From Perkinsus chesapeaki ATCC PRA-425 (taxonomy: Eukaryota > Protista > Perkinsozoa), in the NCBI GenBank assembly GCA_013115145.1, contig JAAPAO010000316.1, positions 1 to 40,200 on the forward strand: a stretch of 40,200 nt of DNA, in the 5' to 3' direction. Within the stretch, counting starts at the first letter, position 1; each line of letters opens with the position of its first letter. This document shows, piece by piece, positions 34,524 through 40,200 of the stretch. Below the pieces are notes generated by a model. It made no database searches. It worked only from the letters and a program-made list of their open reading frames with translations, and was not told the origin of the DNA. The translations under genes were made by a program, and so were the position numbers.

Positions 34524-37500
34524 CTATTGGGAACATTCCTGGCTTCTTACCCTTCTAGGCAACGATACAACTGGTATACTCATGTTAGTTGGCAATGCAG
34601 TCAAACAGGATGTCAAATTATGTAAAGTACGTATTAAGGAAGTCTTTGGTTCCCCAAGAGGGACACTCCTTTGACGGGTCGGGCTACCCGTAACGAGCGT
34701 CCTGACGAACCAGCAGTGCAACCGAATACTAGTAGTATTATCAAACTCACTCAACACTGCTTGGCTCCTCTTCGCCACCCATCAGACCACTATCGGCGAG
34801 TAACGCTCGTCTGAGAAAGGACCTCAACACCACTACCGTGCCCCCGCCTGCAAGGGAATTGACGAAGCACAGGCATCCGCCAAATGCGTCGCCCCTGAAA
34901 ACTATCAAAATGATTTTCTTTTTGGGGAAAATTATCAAACATAGGTTCACTGAGTCGACATCCATGAGAAAATCATGAACATACGTTTCGCTCGGCAAGT
35001 GAAGAAAAGAATGAAGTTGAGCGTAGTAACCATTGGAACCGTGCCCGCTCCGAAGGAAGGCGTAAAAAACCCACGCATGCTACTAGCTATAAGAACTCAA
35101 ATGATGCTCAAGAGACGCTTCTGATTACACGCATTCTTGAGCCGATGCAGCGATGCTATCTAGATTATATCCTCCTTCCAACACCAGAGCCACTCTTGCA
35201 GGGACTCCTTCACCAAAACTTCCGAGCAGCTGCCTGGTCAGGCTTCCGTAACACTCAGGAGTGACGTAACACTCTCCTGAATTAAGGACTATCTAGTAGC
35301 GTGATCGACTGTGCTTACCCAAGGGGTCATTGACACATGCATCAAACCCACAAGATACCAGTATAAAATCTGGCCGAAACGATGCTAGCGCCGGTATAAC
35401 CTGACGACCCAGAATGAACTATGTATCCAGGCGGGTCTAAGGCGACACTTCCATGACGCATTACCAATTTCGAGAAGGCGAACTGCAGCTCGTCGTCCCC
35501 ATATGTCCCATCGATGGGAACGTTGAGGGTGTAGCCTCTGTAACAGGTGGATGTTCCACGACAAGCCACGGGCCTACAGTCCGTCATCAGATCCCATCTC
35601 AGTCCAGTTTCCCGTTCCAGGGTAGAAGGCACCGCCATCGAATCGATGTATCTGAGAGCGATTCGAATGGTACAATACGGAAACAAGTGAAGGAAAATCG
35701 GCTGAGGGCCGACTGAAACCGTTTTTGCGGCTCAAACTAAATGGTGAGCGCGGACTCCACTGAGCGGAGTCCTGAACCCTGCTGGTCCAGCACTGCTGAG
35801 GAACGCGCAACCGACACCAAAGCAGTGAGCATCAGGTCAACATAAGCATTATTTTATAATGTTGTCAGCATCGCACCAATGATATAGGGTATACAGTTTA
35901 GTGGATCCATCACAACAACCGCATCTTCTTATCTTAATGGCATGATGGCATTATTAAGCCAGTATTCCGTTATTAACGGAATACTGGAACAGTTAGCGCA
36001 TCAAGTCGTCAAGTAGCTCAGCTCATGTTGATAATACGCTGTTCCGCCGTAAAGCTTTTGCAGTGCTTCGAAGATTGGACACGCGTCGATGTGTCTCGCA
36101 TGGTTGCAAGTGTGGGTGTAGAAGAATTCTGGGTGCTTTGAGTAAATGAAAGCTGCTACCTCGTTGACTCGACAGCGAGAGTCGCCATGTCGAGAAATCA
36201 TCTTTCAATTTGATCCGGAATCCTCGCAATGATCGCGTCGCCGCATTAAATCCAGTATCCAGCTTGGCGTGGGTATACCGCGGCCGGATCTAGGCTCACC
36301 GGAGTTAGGTACATTCGGGCTACTCGGGGTACTTGACCTTAGTTGCACCGGTATACCAGTAGAAGCTTTCAACAGTGTTGAAGGTGCGGCAGCCGCAACT
36401 TCAGCGGCTGAAGGTTCAGCCTCAGGCTGAACCGGGTTCCACCTTGGCTGACAGCCTGGAGGCTTCAGGTCCTAATCACCCGGAATGACAGGCTCTTTAA
36501 GGCCCTTCTTCGCAATTGAACCGAATCGGTCCGATAGTCATATAGAGAGACCTGGGCAACCTCGGTGGACCGAGGCGAATATTACGCGGCGGAAAAACGC
36601 ATAGGGTAACTCCAACAGTTGAAGCCTACAGGATAACGTGATTTAAATGATCGTATCACGTAGTGGGTGGCACCCACTGCATTCGATGAGACTGCGCTTC
36701 CAACGGAGTTGGTTCCAAGCTAGACTGGCCTGCCAGTGGTATTGCCAATAGCAGGGCAGTAGTCACGCGACATGCAACAAGCCTACGTTATGCTGCTGAG
36801 CAATACACTCGGCTTCGAGCCCGGCGAGTTGCCCCCCCCTCCAGCCCTTACCGAGACAACCAGCACATTGGGATCCTGCGCAAATATATCGCAGGTTCCA
36901 TTTCCATGATGGACATCCCAGTCAACGATTGCAATCCTATTGAGGCCATATCGTTGCCGGAGAAATTGTGCTCCAACAGCAACATTATTGAACAGGCAAA
37001 ATCTGACAAGTGGGAGGATGACATGAGGACGCATTACTAATGCTGTAATGCGGCACTACAGCCCGAAGCAAGATTTACAGGTTCACATGCCCAACACACG
37101 TAGCGAAATAACCTTTATGCAACATGAAAACTGTTGCTCTGTGCTTCATTGGTGCTACCTGCGCGAATATGAGAAGTTCACATTAATAGCTTTCCCCTAG
37201 AACGCTTATGGCCGTCGGAGATTCCCACGAATCGTAGAAATGACGGATCCCCTAGCATGCGGGGAACTAGAATGATATCGATTTACCGCCAGACTGTATG
37301 GAGATTATCGGAGGCCAACTTAGGAAATATACTGATCTGACTCACCCCATAGCCTCAGAGGTAGTAGCGTGATGACCTGGAGGTCTAACACAGGCGAATC
37401 CACGATCAACGGCGGAAGAGGGATCCATTATCTCCTCTAACAACGCCAGCACGCAACCTGCAACACTCAAGATACAAAAGCCAAAGAAATGTGGTCGCAT

Positions 37501-38599
37501 GAAGAACCGAGGGATTGCATAGGATCGACCGTTAAATCAGGCCGCGTACAGTTCGCGAAGGCGCACTTCAAGATTCAACGTTCTACGCGATATAGAGGAG
37601 AACCGCTTACCAGTTGAAAGTGTCGCAGCCTTAGGGGTGTCCTCGCACACATATGTGTCAGCTCCAAAAGGGAATATGTAATCCTTAGTACGGTGAGCAA
37701 CCACGACATAGTTTTCCTCACTCTCATCTTCGGATGATGGATTATAAGGGCCTAACAATGGAGGACCCACTTTGGCGTATTCGACAGATCTTTCTCAGCT
37801 ACGCATCGGGAGCGTCATAACAAAATGCACTGAATCAGTGGCGCTGATGGGACGCGCGGAAACTCATTCCAGGTTTCGCGAAGTTCCCTCACGGCTTTCC
37901 TTCCTCACCATCCCATTCCAATGCTAAATCTACTTGAGCAAGCAATAAAGGTAAAGCATATACATTCATAAAAGGGCGAAATGACACAAACTTATGGGGA
38001 AGTGAGTTAGTGTAGATTTTTAAAAGCATAAATAACATGAATTTACCTTCAGAATCCTCCCCCCTCTCCATAGCACTTTTTAATGCACCCTCATCACCAA
38101 ACTGCATCACTCGATCAACATGTACTTCTGGATGAACCAGCTGTAGCTCTTCTCCTGTTGCTGACCTGCACGCAATTGAAATTAAATTTCAATTATGATA
38201 TTCAATCAGTGAATATCCAGGTCATGATCAATGTAGCTCCGACAACAATGTGAATCTATTCCCTATGTGAAGTCGACTTTCAATGGTTTGCTAAATTTGC
38301 AGGTAAGTAATATGGGTAGGCCCGAAATTCGGTCCCCGAATTGGACGCGACGTTCATCGAATCCGCTAGCCGAAAGTTGCAGCAGTTCACTAGCCTACTT
38401 TTCCAGACTCTGCAGCAGATGCGGACTACCTTCCTTCAACGATCTTCATCCTCTCCAAAAGCCCGTCATCAGCGAGTCGCTCATGAATAGACCTAACCCT
38501 GCTAGGGTGCTCTGGGTGGCCCAAACCTCCACGATGCATCTCCATTGCAGAATCGAAGACATATCCTACTCTGAAGTCTTGAGATACCATTAGACTCAT
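34524..38599 (-). CDS. Zn-dependent histone deacetylase, class II-type, single domain, multi-exon
   Basis: HPEHPSR, RPPGHHA...AMG|FCLFNNVAV, IAIVDWDVHHGNGT, VLVVS|IHRFDGGAFYPGTG, GYTLNVP, FRPDFILVSCGFDACVNDPLG, VLEGGYNL. The 3' end is uncertain. Confidence 0.93.
35959..35987. repeat. Perfect 14-bp inverted repeat, 1-nt centre
   Basis: ccagtattccgtta t taacggaatactgg, in the long HDAC intron. Confidence 0.95.
36001..36201 (-). mobile_element. Putative hAT-family transposase remnant inside the 1.2-kb HDAC intron (35652-36851)
   Basis: NEVAAFIYSKHPEFFYTHTCNH...DACPIFEALQKLY resembles the hAT segment around the CxxH motif (from memory, not searched); no convincing TIR or TSD. Confidence 0.35.
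36413..36433. repeat. Perfect 10-bp inverted repeat, 1-nt centre
   Basis: ggttcagcct c aggctgaacc, in the long HDAC intron. Confidence 0.9.
38174..38194. repeat. Perfect 10-bp AT-rich inverted repeat, 1-nt centre
   Basis: aattgaaatt a aatttcaatt, in an HDAC intron. Confidence 0.85.
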
Positions 38600-38607
38600 A
38601 AGCTGGC

Positions 38608-38634
38608 GAAGAAGAAGAAGAAGAAGAAGAAGAA
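38608..38634. repeat. (GAA)9 microsatellite; polypyrimidine tract on the minus strand before the HDAC acceptor
   Basis: Nine GAA units; the minus strand reads (ttc)9-gccag|CTTATG. Confidence 0.9.
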
Positions 38635-38811
38635 GGGGATAGAGGAATAGGAATTAGGACAAGGACGAAGAGACGATAAAATATACCTGGTGAAGCCGAG
38701 CTCCATCCTTGGGCCCCTAGGAGATACCAAACCACACACATCGCTCACGAGCCCAACAGCAACACAACTGAGTAAGCACGTCAGTAAAAATAACATGTAA
38801 GGTTGAAAACG

Positions 38812-40178
38812 TCACGAAGCGAACAACTCTTTCGTAAACGCCGGATGAGCTTGCGCATCTCCTGTATCCACGACCATAACTGTTGCTGAACCGGTGATGC
38901 CTCCCAGTATTTCCCGCACCACTGATTCTATTTCCTGCGCGCCACTAAATGCTTCCTTCACCAATGTCTGTATGCTCGCTCCATCAATTGACTCAGACAA
39001 TGGATCGAAGGTACCTTCAAACAAGAAGAATTTGACATGTCGTAAAGTTGTTGGGAGAAAATAAGGAGCAGCCAAAAAGACCCCGTAAACGAGGGGCTCT
39101 ATACGAGGCAGCAAGCCTTCTATGATGATTGGATCACATTACTGACAATAAATGTAAATTACATCTACTACAAATCCCATACGAATTACATCTTATTAAT
39201 AAGAACAACCCATACTCGATGGTAAGGTGCCAGTGTTCAACATCTGCGATACCAACAAGTACATATATTACTGGCTGGCACCCGATTGATTCAGAAAGGT
39301 AGTGAGATGTTGTCAATGGAAGACTCTTACAAATCAATACAATCCAATTCCGTCCCTTTATTCGAGGTATTATTCCAATATCTGGCATGCAGCTCATCCT
39401 TGGTATCTCCCCCTCCTTTACAATACCAAAGCATGGATCCTAACCAACAACATGTACTACCTGGGAATCGAACCTGTGCCTACTTTAAGATGAAAGCACC
39501 CCATTCCCTTCTCCACCATTACACGTCGTCCACTGTACAGCCCTCTGTCCGATGCCAAATCGGTGACGTCCAACTCTCCTTCCTCATCACAAACGTACCT
39601 TCGTTACAAAAACTGAAAGCGGTGAGTCCGCTCCAAAAGCGTGACGAGGTCATTCAACCAGAGGTTCCCGATGGTCACGATTTCATTTTTGTTCATACTT
39701 TAAACCGGTTTCTTTGAGTAGGTTTAGATACGACTAAGAACTACTCTTAAGAAATGAAAATGTGGCGGATTCCGTTTGCTAAAATGAACACACATATGCC
39801 TTCATTAGGCAGACTAGGATGTTCACATATAAACGTCAAACTGGATGTGTTTCACCCACAGTCAATACCCTCTCGTCATTCTACTGGGGCGATTCTCAGA
39901 CTTCTCATACGCATAACGTTCTAATTACATCCTACCCGTCCCTACTATTACATAGCATAACTTCCCTTTCCCATTATCCCCGTTATAATCCCTTCCCTCC
40001 CCTCTGCTGCCCTAACCATCATCATCATACTACATCCAGCACCATCAGTAGCCTTCTTAGAGCTCTTCCTCCCCGGTGTTAACACATCCATCCAAGCCAA
40101 CCTCTCTGTATCATAGAATGCAGCCAATAAAGGGTTACTCCACCATTCCGCTGCTTTCACTACAGCATCATAGCTCAT
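38812..40178 (-). CDS. Hypothetical multi-exon protein (may continue beyond window)
   Basis: Minus-strand ORF pieces at 39948-40178, 39134-39397 and 38812-39114 with GT-AG boundaries; no family recognised. Confidence 0.45.
39453..39474 (-). repeat. Extended B-box / tRNA-3'-end-like motif N
   Basis: GG TTCGATT CCCAG GTAGTAC A; inferred 44-nt intron 39440-39483, sense. Confidence 0.7.
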
Positions 40179-40200
40179 ATCCTCATCTCTATGAGGGACC

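Noticed and set aside
36023-36229. HPHLQPCETHRR resembling the start of a second HDAC domain
   Set aside because: No second set of catalytic motifs; the single HDAC domain is complete when 35652-36851 is treated as an intron.
384-40082. Most short plus-strand ORFs in the ORF track
   Set aside because: They are antisense shadows of minus-strand exons with no independent coding signal.

Overview
Eukaryotic, intron-dense window with many ~45-60 nt GT-AG introns. It is most consistent with a Perkinsus-like alveolate. This is inferred from the plastid-leader IspG, the alveolate-type mitochondrial uS11 and the almost purely unidirectional gene order. All recognisable genes lie on the minus strand except one intronless orphan ORF (10056-11036, +). 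Reading up the coordinates, the genes are: N-terminus of an ABCG paralog, intronless ABCG transporter, IspG, the orphan, NTE-like patatin phospholipase, a coiled-coil protein, mitochondrial uS11, FolD, a membrane protein, inositol polyphosphate kinase, class II-type HDAC, plus several unassigned multi-exon genes. The main unexplained signal is a 22-nt motif shaped like a tRNA 3' end or extended B-box (GGTTCRANYC-N2-G-N7-C-A). It occurs 13 times with no tRNA 5' half; 10 copies sit inside short introns in either orientation, and two bracket the only plus-strand gene. Other signals are long perfect palindromes with a 1-nt centre (31.5-38.2 kb), two >1 kb introns with decayed coding sequence (one hAT-like), a dinoflagellate-type tripartite plastid leader on IspG, and a degenerate EF-hand-like insert in the ABCG. 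Exon models were built by eye and homologies come from remembered family motifs; no searches were run.
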